Source: Alphaproteobacteria bacterium (GTDB lineage: Bacteria > Pseudomonadota > Alphaproteobacteria > Rickettsiales > UBA3002). Taken from it: a stretch of 43,312 bases of DNA. How positions within the stretch are numbered: position 1 is the first letter of the stretch; each line of letters opens with the position of its first letter. A program made the position numbers and the translations under genes. The stretch is from positions 1 through 43,312 of the forward strand of contig JAUIBB010000003.1 in NCBI GenBank assembly GCA_030427685.1. The letters are read 5' to 3'. Shown piece after piece: positions 31,947-40,753 of the stretch. The notes under the pieces are model-generated. The model saw only the letters and a program-made list of their open reading frames with translations, did no database searches and had not been told where the DNA came from.

Positions 31947-33356
31947 ATGACCGTTATTACCCGTTTCGCCCCCTCGCCTACTGGCATGCTCCATATTGGT
32001 GGTGCACGCACGGCGCTGTTTAACTATCTGTTCGCACGCCATCATGGCGGCAGGTTCAAGCTGCGCATCGAGGATACAGACACAGCCCGTAATTCGGACG
32101 AGGCCTATCAGGCGATTCTCAAAGGGCTTAACTGGCTTGGGCTTTCTTATGATGGCGACGTTGTCTATCAACGTGAGCGCGAAGAGCGCCACAAAGAAGT
32201 AGCCGCCATGTTGGTGCAGCAGGGCAAAGCCTATCACTGCTATACCACCGCAGAAGAGCTTGCCGAGCAGCGCGCCGCAGCCGAAGCAAAAGGAGAAGCA
32301 TTCCGCTACGACCGTAAATGGCGCCCCCAATCAGACGGCACGGCGCTCCCAACCCCTCCGGCCGGCGTTAATCCCAGCATTCGTATCATGGCTCCGCTTG
32401 AGGGTGAAGTCGTCGTCCGCGATGCTGTACAGGGCGATGTCTGTTTCGGCCCGGATGCGCTGGATGATCTCGTGATTTTACGTAGCGACGGAACCCCCAC
32501 CTATAACCTCGCCGTGGTGGTAGATGACCACGATATGGGCGTCACCCATGTCATTCGTGGCGATGACCACCTCAACAATGCCGGACGGCAAATGGTGATC
32601 TACGAAGCCATGGGCTGGGATGTGCCGGTATTCGCGCATATCCCCCTCATTCATGGCCCCGATGGCGCGAAGCTCAGCAAACGTCACGGTGCCACCAGCA
32701 CCACAGAATATGCCCATATGGGCTACCTGCCCGAAGCTATGCGCAATTACCTCGCGCGCCTTGGCTGGAGCCATGGTGATGATGAGATTTTTGACGATGC
32801 GCAGGCCATCGCATGGTTTACGCTGGAGCATGTCGGCCAATCACCCTCGCGCCTTGATTTTGCCAAGCTGAACCACATCAACGCCCATTACCTGCGCCTT
32901 CGGCCCGATGCCGAGCTGGCCGAAATGATTGCCCCGATGCTACTGACAGCAGGCAATGCGCGGCTGATGGAAGCGGAGGTCGCGCTGTTAGTGCGTGCCA
33001 TTCCTTCGGTTAAAACCAAAGCGCAAACCTTACCGGAACTGGCAGAGGCGGCGCGGTTCTACCTCTATGCGCCAACTGCGTATGATGAGAAAGCCAGTGC
33101 AGCACTGGAGAAAAATGGCGGCAATCTGCCTGTAATCCTAACCGCCTTGCATGCCGTAACAGACTGGAATGCAGATGCCATCAAGGCATCGCTGACAGAG
33201 CTTGCAACCGCAACCGGGAAAAAGCTGGGTGAGCTGATGCCCCCCATGCGTGCGGCCCTGGTCGGCAGCATGAGCGGCCCGGATGTACCACTGGCGATGG
33301 AAGTGCTGGGAAAAGAGGCATCCATCACCCGACTGGAAGCCGCGGGCAAGGCTTGA
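31947..33356 (+). CDS. gltX: Glutamate-tRNA ligase
   Basis: RFAPSPTGMLHIGG (HIGH), LRIEDTD, RGDDH, KLSKR; start moved to ATG 31947. Confidence 0.97.
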   Translation: MTVITRFAPSPTGMLHIGGARTALFNYLFARHHGGRFKLRIEDTDTARNSDEAYQAILKGLNWLGLSYDGDVVYQREREERHKEVAAMLVQQGKAYHCYTTAEELAEQRAAAEAKGEAFRYDRKWRPQSDGTALPTPPAGVNPSIRIMAPLEGEVVVRDAVQGDVCFGPDALDDLVILRSDGTPTYNLAVVVDDHDMGVTHVIRGDDHLNNAGRQMVIYEAMGWDVPVFAHIPLIHGPDGAKLSKRHGATSTTEYAHMGYLPEAMRNYLARLGWSHGDDEIFDDAQAIAWFTLEHVGQSPSRLDFAKLNHINAHYLRLRPDAELAEMIAPMLLTAGNARLMEAEVALLVRAIPSVKTKAQTLPELAEAARFYLYAPTAYDEKASAALEKNGGNLPVILTALHAVTDWNADAIKASLTELATATGKKLGELMPPMRAALVGSMSGPDVPLAMEVLGKEASITRLEAAGKA

Positions 33357-33403
33357 TTTTCAACGTGGATTCAGTATCCTGAAGGGGAAAAAAGGACTCA
33401 CCA

Positions 33404-33946
33404 ATGGCTATCCTACCACTCGTGATCGCGCCCGATGAGCGCCTCAATAAACCTTCCGAGCCCGTGAAGGTGGTTGACGCTAAAATCCGCACGCTGCTCG
33501 ATGACATGCTCGAGACGATGTACGCGAATAACGGCATCGGCCTTGCTGCCGTGCAGGTTGGCGTACACCTGAAATGCATTGTCGTTGATATCGCCGTGCG
33601 CGAGGGCCAAAACGCGCCCATGAAGTTTATCAATCCTGAAATCATTCATCATTCGGACGAAAAAACACGCTTTCAGGAGGGCTGCCTTTCCTTCCCCGAC
33701 CAGTATTCTGATGTTGAACGCCCCTCTTCCGTCACCATTCGCTACCTGGATGAAACCGGGGCAGAGCAAACGATGGAAGCCGATGAACTGCTTGCCACCT
33801 GCCTGCAGCACGAGATTGACCACACCAACGGCATCGTCTTTGTCGATCACCTCTCGCTCATGAAGCGCGACATGATCCTGCGGAAGCTGAAAAAAGCGAA
33901 GCGGATGGGACTTATCCACGAACTGCCAGAAGGCGCACCAGTTTAG
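33404..33946 (+). CDS. def: Peptide deformylase
   Basis: GIGLAAVQ, EGCLS, QHEIDH. Confidence 0.97.
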   Translation: MAILPLVIAPDERLNKPSEPVKVVDAKIRTLLDDMLETMYANNGIGLAAVQVGVHLKCIVVDIAVREGQNAPMKFINPEIIHHSDEKTRFQEGCLSFPDQYSDVERPSSVTIRYLDETGAEQTMEADELLATCLQHEIDHTNGIVFVDHLSLMKRDMILRKLKKAKRMGLIHELPEGAPV

Positions 33947-33982
33947 CGTGACAGCCTTTTATGCCGCTGCTAGACACATGGT

Positions 33983-34477
33983 ATGCGGATCCTGTTTCTT
34001 ATGGTTACAGCCTTGTTTGTACTGCCTGCCATCGCGCAGGTAAGGGAGCATTATGACGCCCCACTGCTGGCAGTAGGGGGTGATCGACCAGCACCGGCAG
34101 CACCAGCAACTACGCAACCTACGACGGATGCCTCCTCTGCCAACAGCATGGAAGCGCCTAAAGCGCCGGAGGCACCCGCCCCCTCAAAACCCTCCGTCAT
34201 CAAATTACCGGTAGCGCCAGCATCGCCTGTGCCGCCAGTCAGCAAGCTTTGGCCACGCGATACTATTCCGCTCTTTGTAACCTCCTGTAGCAAGCTGCAT
34301 CGTGAATTATTAAACCCATGCCGCTGTATTATCGATGGGCTGATGGAAAAAATGCTGCATGATGAATTTCTTCGCCTAAGCGATGCCAACCAAATCGACA
34401 TTGACCCGCGCTACCTCACTGTTCGCGAACAATGCGTGATGGCAGCCAAGCAAAAGCAACTGCAACGCGCCCACTAG
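33983..34477 (+). CDS. Hypothetical exported protein (Pro/Ala linker + 4-Cys domain)
   Basis: Signal peptide ending AIA, low-complexity P/A region, C-terminal SC...CRC...QC. Confidence 0.75.
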   Translation: MRILFLMVTALFVLPAIAQVREHYDAPLLAVGGDRPAPAAPATTQPTTDASSANSMEAPKAPEAPAPSKPSVIKLPVAPASPVPPVSKLWPRDTIPLFVTSCSKLHRELLNPCRCIIDGLMEKMLHDEFLRLSDANQIDIDPRYLTVREQCVMAAKQKQLQRAH

Positions 34478-34484
34478 GATTAGC

Positions 34485-35426
34485 ATGCGTATTCTTTTTA
34501 TGGGAACGCCGGACTTTGCCGTACCGGCCCTGCAGGCCCTGCTGCAATCACCGCATGAAGTGGTGGCTGTCTATAGCCAACCACCGCGCCCAGCAGGAAG
34601 AGGGCTTAAGCTGACCCCCTCTCCGGTGCAAAAACTGGCAGAGCAACACGCCATCCCCGTTTTCACACCCAGCAGCCTGAAAACAGCGGAAGCACAGGCG
34701 GAATTTTCCCAGCATCAAGCAGACATCGCCGTAGTAGCCGCCTATGGGCTGCTGCTACCACAAGCCATACTGGATGCCCCACGTTTTGGCTGTATTAACA
34801 TCCATCCCTCGGATCTGCCGCGTTGGCGTGGTGCTGCCCCCATCCAGCGCACGTTGATGGCCGGGGACACCGAAACCGCCTGTTGTGTGATGCAGCTCGA
34901 GCTTGGGCTTGATACCGGCCCCATTTTACGGCGGGATGCCTATACAATTCCGCCCGAGATGGATGCAGGAGAGTTGCACCGGATAATGGCTGAAATCGGC
35001 GCACAACAGGTGCTTGCTGTGCTGGAGCAGTTTGCCAGCGATACACCCCCCCTTGCTACGCCACAGGCATCTGAGGGGGTCACGCATGCAGAAAAAATAA
35101 GCAAAGCAGAGCGCCCTCTGGATTGGAGCCGCCCAGCTATTGCATTGCAGCACCATATCCGTGGGTTGAGCCCCGCTCCCGCAGCCACCGCAGAAATTGC
35201 CGGTGAAACTGTTAAAATACTACGCGCTACGGTAGAGGCAGGCGCCCCGCAGAAGGCAGCCGGAGAAGCCCTTGACGACAACCTGCTGATTAACGCAGGA
35301 AATGGCTCTGCGCTGCGCCTTTTAGAGCTTCAACGCCCCGGAAAAAATCGTCAAACCGCCGCTCAGTTCCTGCAAGGAATTCCCGTCGCCAAGGGCTCAC
35401 AGGTGAAAAACTCTATCAGGGGTTGA
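34485..35426 (+). CDS. fmt: Methionyl-tRNA formyltransferase
   Basis: FMGTPDFA, VVAAYGLLLP, NIHPSDLPRWRGAAPIQR, GLDTGP. Confidence 0.97.
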   Translation: MRILFMGTPDFAVPALQALLQSPHEVVAVYSQPPRPAGRGLKLTPSPVQKLAEQHAIPVFTPSSLKTAEAQAEFSQHQADIAVVAAYGLLLPQAILDAPRFGCINIHPSDLPRWRGAAPIQRTLMAGDTETACCVMQLELGLDTGPILRRDAYTIPPEMDAGELHRIMAEIGAQQVLAVLEQFASDTPPLATPQASEGVTHAEKISKAERPLDWSRPAIALQHHIRGLSPAPAATAEIAGETVKILRATVEAGAPQKAAGEALDDNLLINAGNGSALRLLELQRPGKNRQTAAQFLQGIPVAKGSQVKNSIRG

Positions 35427-35509
35427 TTAGCCCTTTTATACGTATCAAAAATGTGATATAAAAGCCGCTGTTGCATAAAAAGAATAGAACATTACAATGA
35501 GGCATCCAC

Positions 35510-35731
35510 ATGTACTCCCAATGGCAAGTTACTATGAATGATGACGTCGTTTTATTTAAGCAACTGGATGATTTGAAAGAACAGCATCGCCAGTTAGATA
35601 TTCAAATTCAGCTACTTGGTGGATCTGGAAGTGACGAGATGACCCTCGCACGACTGAAAAAACGCAAGCTTCAGCTACGCGACCAGATCCAGACACTTGA
35701 GTTCGAGATTTACCCAGACCAACCAGCCTAG
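35510..35731 (+). CDS. DUF465 / YdcH family protein (second paralog)
   Basis: LKEQHRQLDIQI...RLKKRKLQLRDQI...YPDQPA; start 35510 or 35534. Confidence 0.85.
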   Translation: MYSQWQVTMNDDVVLFKQLDDLKEQHRQLDIQIQLLGGSGSDEMTLARLKKRKLQLRDQIQTLEFEIYPDQPA

Positions 35732-35836
35732 CCACATTCATGGCATAGCGCCCTGACCGCCCGTGGGATCGGGCGGCGCCTCATTGTGCGCGCCATCAGC
35801 AATCAGGTGCCCTGCAATCGGCCTGCTTCGTCCGGA

Positions 35837-37726
35837 TTAGGCGGCTAACCCTTTGCTGAGGAACTGGCTCAGGCGACGCGCGAATGCCGCACTGTCGGTG
35901 ACCGGCTCGCCCTCTGCAATCAACGCCTGATCGTAAAGCAGCCACAAGGCGTCTTCGGTATCTGTATTTAATCCCGCTGCCGCCACACGTGCTGCGAGTG
36001 ACTGGATAACTGGGTGCTGCGGGTTGATTTCAACCAGCTTGGCAGCACGTTTGGGAAGCTGCTTATGCTCGGCCAGAAAGCGTTCCATCCGCATATCCAT
36101 ATCGCCTTCGCCAACCCCAAGACAGATCGGGGTTTCAGCCAGCTTGCGCGTGGTACGCACATCGCGCACGGCCTCGCCATACAGCGTTTTCATGGCGTCC
36201 ATCAGCTTCGCGATGTCGGCACTTTCTTCGGCTTTTTCAGCTTCTTTGGCGGCATCCCCCTCGAGCGGGAATTTCTCCAGATCTTCTCCGGATTTCACAA
36301 CAGAGCGGAAAGGAATATCGCCATATTTCAGCGTTACATTGGCCCAGAAATCATCAACATGGTCAGTCAGCAATAAGACGTCGATGCCCCGTGCAGCGAA
36401 GCCCTCCATTTGCGGACTGTGCTGTAGCGCTTCAACCGATTCACCCGTCAGGTAATAAATCGCTTCCTGTCCTTCGCGCATATTCGCTTTGTATTGCGCC
36501 AGTGTCATTAGCTTGCCGGGCGCGCTGCGGGTGTTGAATACGCAGCAATCGAGAATTTTCTCACGCGGGGCCATGCCTTCGCACAACCCCTCTTTCAGTA
36601 CCGCTCCGAAATGCTCCCAGAAGCTCGCGTAATCCTCCATATCCTTTTCCGCGCGCTTCTTCAGCTCGGACAGGACGCGGCTGGTGACGGATTCACGGAT
36701 GGTATCCAGCACCGGCGATTTTTGCAGGGTCTCACGGCTGATGTTTAGCGGCAAATCGGCTGAATCCACTACCCCACGCAGGAAGCGCAGGTAAGGCGGG
36801 ATCAGCTCCACACCTTCATCGGTGATGAAGACACGTTTTACATAAAGCTTCACACGGCTTTTGCGCTCTGGGTGAAACAGGTCGAATGGCTTAATGGCGG
36901 GGATGAAAAGGAGATTGGTATACTCAACTTTTCCCTCTGCCTTATTGTGTAAAACTGCCCATGGCTTCTCTGGCGAATGGGCTACATGACGGTAGAACTC
37001 CTGATATTGCTCATCCGTCACTTCGGATTTCGGCTTTGCCCAAATGGCTGAACCTTCATTTAAATTGTGCACAACCCCTTCGCTGTCTGTCAGGGTAATC
37101 GGGAAGCCGATATGGTCGGAATAGGTTTCCGCAATATGCCCAAGACGGTGACGATCGAGATAGTCTTTGGCATCCTCTTTAAGATGCAACGTGATCGCAG
37201 TGCCGCGCGGCTGCGCATCAAGCGGTGCAATGGTATAGGTTCCCGAACCATCGGACTCCCACTGCCACGCCTGCTCTTCACCGGCCTTACGGCTGGTGAC
37301 GGTTACTTTATCGGCCACCATAAACGAGGCATAAAAGCCTACCCCAAACTGACCGATGAGGTTCACGTCTTTGCTCGTGTCACCTGTCAGTTTATTGAGA
37401 AACTCGCTAGTGCCAGATTTTGCAATCGTGCCAAGGTTGGCGATCAGGTCGTCGTGATTCATACCAATGCCAGAGTCACGAATCGTCAGCGTCCCCGCAT
37501 CCTTATCGATGGATAGCTGAATGTTCAGGTCTGGCTGCTCTGTGGTGAGGGTGCTGTTGGTGAGTGACTCAAACCGCAGCTTGTCACAGGCATCGGATGC
37601 GTTCGAGATCAATTCGCGGAGAAAAATATCGCGATTGGTATAAAGCGCGTGAATCATCAAATGCAGCACGCGTGCAGTCTCGGCGGCGAATTGGTGGGTT
37701 GCTGGCTTTTCGAGTGTCTCAGTCAT
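35837..37726 (-). CDS. htpG: Chaperone HtpG (Hsp90)
   Basis: IFLRELISNASDA, NLGTIAKSGT, IGQFGVGFY, DLPLNISRE. Confidence 0.98.
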   Translation of the reverse strand: MTETLEKPATHQFAAETARVLHLMIHALYTNRDIFLRELISNASDACDKLRFESLTNSTLTTEQPDLNIQLSIDKDAGTLTIRDSGIGMNHDDLIANLGTIAKSGTSEFLNKLTGDTSKDVNLIGQFGVGFYASFMVADKVTVTSRKAGEEQAWQWESDGSGTYTIAPLDAQPRGTAITLHLKEDAKDYLDRHRLGHIAETYSDHIGFPITLTDSEGVVHNLNEGSAIWAKPKSEVTDEQYQEFYRHVAHSPEKPWAVLHNKAEGKVEYTNLLFIPAIKPFDLFHPERKSRVKLYVKRVFITDEGVELIPPYLRFLRGVVDSADLPLNISRETLQKSPVLDTIRESVTSRVLSELKKRAEKDMEDYASFWEHFGAVLKEGLCEGMAPREKILDCCVFNTRSAPGKLMTLAQYKANMREGQEAIYYLTGESVEALQHSPQMEGFAARGIDVLLLTDHVDDFWANVTLKYGDIPFRSVVKSGEDLEKFPLEGDAAKEAEKAEESADIAKLMDAMKTLYGEAVRDVRTTRKLAETPICLGVGEGDMDMRMERFLAEHKQLPKRAAKLVEINPQHPVIQSLAARVAAAGLNTDTEDALWLLYDQALIAEGEPVTDSAAFARRLSQFLSKGLAA

Positions 37727-37785
37727 GGTGAATCCTTCTCTGGTTTGGATGCCTGCACGCAGGGGTCGTGCGGAAGATGGGGGCT

Positions 37786-37813
37786 ATATAGAATGGCATC
37801 GCTAAACTGCAAG
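37786..37813 (-). promoter_or_regulatory. Putative RpoH (sigma32) promoter of htpG
   Basis: Minus strand CTTG-N18-CTATAT, matching the alphaproteobacterial heat-shock promoter pattern. Confidence 0.6.
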
Positions 37814-37820
37814 CCCCAGC

Positions 37821-38951
37821 CTAGCGTTTGTAGGCACGAAAACGCAACAGGTGGTCGGCGAGGACGCAGGCCATCATGGCTTCACCCACCGGAACGGCGC
37901 GGATGCCGACGCAGGGGTCGTGACGACCTTTGGTAGCAATTTCGGTATCCTCACCAGAGGTTGTGATGGTCTCGACGGGCGTGAGGATGGAGCTGGTGGG
38001 CTTGACCGCGAAACGTACAACGACCGGCTGGCCGGTGGAGATGCCGCCGAGGATGCCGCCAGCATGGTTGCTTAGGAAGTCTACCGTATTGCCTGCTCCG
38101 GCACGGAGCCGATCCGCATTTTCCTCTCCGCGCAGGGCGGCCGCGGCGAAGCCATCGCCAATCTCGACGCCTTTGACGGCGTTGATGCTCATCATGGCGC
38201 GGGCGAGGTCGGAGTCGAGCTTGTCGTAGATCGGCTCGCCGAGGCCGACGGGGACGTTTTCTGCTACCACTTCGATCACTGCGCCGAGGGAGGAGCCGGA
38301 CTTACGCGCTGCGTCGAGCAGGGTCTCCCAGCGCGCGGCGGCGACAGCATCGGGACACCAGAAAGGGTTTTGGTCGATTTGGGCAGGATCAAAATTGGCC
38401 GGGTCGATTTTGTCGTCACCAATTTGGACGAGGTAGCCACGAATTTTAATCCCCCCCCCTGTAGGGGGAGGGTTAGGGAGGGGCCGTTGTTGGGCATGCT
38501 CATCGCCATATTCCGCCAGCACTTTGCGCGCAATCGCACCGGCGGCGACGCGCATGGCGGTTTCGCGCGCGCTGGAGCGGCCACCGCCGCGATAGTCGCG
38601 GATGCCGTATTTCTGCTGGTAGGTATAGTCCGCATGGCCGGGGCGGAAGCTGTCTTTGATTTCGCTATAATCCTTCGATTTCTGGTCTTCGTTCTCGATC
38701 ATCAGCGAGATTGGTGTGCCGGTGGTTTTACCCTCGAACGTACCGGAGAGGATTTTTACCGTATCGGATTCCTTGCGCTGGGTGGTGTGGCGCGACTGCG
38801 CAGGCTTGCGTTTGTCGAGATACGGCTGGATGTCAGCTTCGGTGAGGTCGATCAACGACGGGCAGCCGTCGATCACGCAGCCAATGGCCTCCCCATGGGA
38901 TTCGCCCCAGGTGGTGAACCGGAAGATGGTGCCAAAGGAGTTGGATGCCAT
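37821..38951 (-). CDS. aroC: Chorismate synthase (with in-frame insertion)
   Basis: [47 protein letters not shown]. Confidence 0.97.
   Translation of the reverse strand: MASNSFGTIFRFTTWGESHGEAIGCVIDGCPSLIDLTEADIQPYLDKRKPAQSRHTTQRKESDTVKILSGTFEGKTTGTPISLMIENEDQKSKDYSEIKDSFRPGHADYTYQQKYGIRDYRGGGRSSARETAMRVAAGAIARKVLAEYGDEHAQQRPLPNPPPTGGGIKIRGYLVQIGDDKIDPANFDPAQIDQNPFWCPDAVAAARWETLLDAARKSGSSLGAVIEVVAENVPVGLGEPIYDKLDSDLARAMMSINAVKGVEIGDGFAAAALRGEENADRLRAGAGNTVDFLSNHAGGILGGISTGQPVVVRFAVKPTSSILTPVETITTSGEDTEIATKGRHDPCVGIRAVPVGEAMMACVLADHLLRFRAYKR
38451..38483 (+). repeat. REP-like palindromic repeat inside aroC
   Basis: CCCCCCCCCTGTAGGGGGAGGGTTAGGGAGGGG; translates as [11 protein letters not shown] on the coding strand. 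Confidence 0.65.
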
Positions 38952-38963
38952 GATTATTTCTTT

Positions 38964-39230
38964 CTAAAGAGCGACCACATGTAATGGAAAGCCATTGGGA
39001 ACAGCCAGAAGGGCAGCCAAGGTGTGAGGTATATCACCATAATCGCCGTATAGTAGACAAGATTTATCTGCCTCGGCGGTTGTGTGATCGGTGAACAGCT
39101 TCCGGCCATGGCACATCACCAATAACCGCATCAAGCGCGGGTATTTTTGATAACGAGGATCGAGCGCAGCCGTTTCTTCAATTTCCTTCTGCGACATATA
39201 GCAAGAAACTGAGAACGGGTCGTTCGGCAT
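38964..39230 (-). CDS. Hypothetical protein (88 aa)
   Basis: Fills the fabI-aroC gap exactly (6 and 12 nt spacers), co-oriented; no motif recognised. Confidence 0.55.
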   Translation of the reverse strand: MPNDPFSVSCYMSQKEIEETAALDPRYQKYPRLMRLLVMCHGRKLFTDHTTAEADKSCLLYGDYGDIPHTLAALLAVPNGFPLHVVAL

Positions 39231-39236
39231 AGACTG

Positions 39237-40076
39237 CTACGCCAGCGCAATATCCGGCGCGTCGATGGCCTTCATGCCGACGACGTGGTAGCCGCCATCG
39301 ACGTGGAGGTTTTCGCCCGTGGTGCCTGCACCGAGGTCGGAGAGCAGGAACAGGCCTGCGCCGCCGACGTCTTCGATGGTGGTGTTGCGCTTGAGGGGGC
39401 TGTTCAGCTCGTTCCATTTCAGGATGTAGCGGAAATCGCCGATGCCCATCGCGGCGAGCGTTTTGATCGGCCCGGCGGAGATAGCATTAACGCGGATATT
39501 CTCGCTGCCGAGATCGACCGCGAGGTATTTAACGCTGGCTTCCAGCGCTGCTTTGGCGAGGCCCATGACGTTGTAGTGCGGGGTCACGCGCTCGGCACCC
39601 AGATAGGTAAGCGTGAGCAGCGACCCGCCCTTTTTCATCAACTTTGAGGCGCGCTTGGCAACGGCAGTGAAAGAATAGACGCTGATATTCATGGTCATCA
39701 GGAAGTTCTCGAGCGAGGTATCGACATAACGGCCTTTCAGCTCGTTTTTGTCGGAGAAGCCGATGGCGTGGACGACGAAATCGATCTCGCCCCATTCTTT
39801 CTCCAGCGTCTCGAACACGCTGTCGATGCTCGCCATATCGGTCACGTCACACGGCAGGATCAGCTTGCCGCCGACGGATTCCGCCAGCGGACGCACACGG
39901 CGCTCCAGCGCTTCGCCCTGATAGGTGAAGGCAATCTCGGCCCCTTGCGCGGCGAGGTACTGCGTAATGCCCCAAGCGATGGATTTATCATTGGCAACGC
40001 CCATGATGAGACCACGCTTGCCCTTCATCAACGTACCGGTTGGAATCGCCTGCGCGCTACCTTGTTCTGTGTCCAT
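39237..40076 (-). CDS. fabI: Enoyl-ACP reductase (NADH)
   Basis: GLIMGVANDKSIAWGI, YNVMGLAKAALE, NAISAGPIKTLA. Confidence 0.97.
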   Translation of the reverse strand: MDTEQGSAQAIPTGTLMKGKRGLIMGVANDKSIAWGITQYLAAQGAEIAFTYQGEALERRVRPLAESVGGKLILPCDVTDMASIDSVFETLEKEWGEIDFVVHAIGFSDKNELKGRYVDTSLENFLMTMNISVYSFTAVAKRASKLMKKGGSLLTLTYLGAERVTPHYNVMGLAKAALEASVKYLAVDLGSENIRVNAISAGPIKTLAAMGIGDFRYILKWNELNSPLKRNTTIEDVGGAGLFLLSDLGAGTTGENLHVDGGYHVVGMKAIDAPDIALA

Positions 40077-40096
40077 GTAATCCTCGAGTAACTATA

Positions 40097-40624
40097 TTAT
40101 TGCGAAACGATCTGCCACGAACCATCGGGCTGGCGGCAAGCGCGACCATAAGCGGATTGAATTTCACCGCCGATGTTCACCTTCTCGTTATATTCACGGC
40201 AGTACTGACCTGCATCGTTCTGGTAAGGTGCAGCCGGAATAAAGCTACCGGAATGACCGTTTTGTGGATTGTTCCATGGCAGTGATTGGCCAGGCTGTGC
40301 GGTTTCCAGCGCTTTTTGCTGCGCCTGATTGTAATAGGTCATATCGGCACGATCGAGTGATGCCCCGATCGAATTACCAACGCTCGCGCCTACCAGTGCA
40401 CCCAGTGCGGTTGCCACCAGACGGCCATTGCCTTTACCGAACTGCGCGCCGGCGACACCGCCTGCAACAGCGCCAAGCCCCGTACCAACATCGGATTTCG
40501 TCAGGCCAGCACCGTTGCTAACACCGCCACGCTGCGCGTTGTAGGCGTTTTGTTGGCCACTACAGGCAGAAAGTGCCAGCGAAAGAGCGGCTAACGTGAA
40601 AATTGACTGTTTCAGAATATTCAT
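40097..40624 (-). CDS. 17-kDa surface antigen-like lipoprotein (glycine zipper; RT0821/Lpp0805 type)
   Basis: Lipobox LSAC, GAVAGGVAGAQFGKGNG zipper, WNNPQNGHSG, QYCREY, YGRACRQPDGSWQI. Confidence 0.9.
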   Translation of the reverse strand: MNILKQSIFTLAALSLALSACSGQQNAYNAQRGGVSNGAGLTKSDVGTGLGAVAGGVAGAQFGKGNGRLVATALGALVGASVGNSIGASLDRADMTYYNQAQQKALETAQPGQSLPWNNPQNGHSGSFIPAAPYQNDAGQYCREYNEKVNIGGEIQSAYGRACRQPDGSWQIVSQ

Positions 40625-40753
40625 AACAAATCTCCAATAGTACTGAATTAAATGGCTATTTAATCGCGCTTATCCCACAGCTTTTGCGTTTTCACAAGCA
40701 AATCTCACCACGCATTGTCGAGATTCCCCCTGTTGTAGCATAGATTCCTGATG

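Noticed and set aside
35757-35776. CCGCCCG-N6-CGGGCGG hairpin between DUF465 and htpG
   Set aside because: No U-tract on either strand; not called as a terminator.
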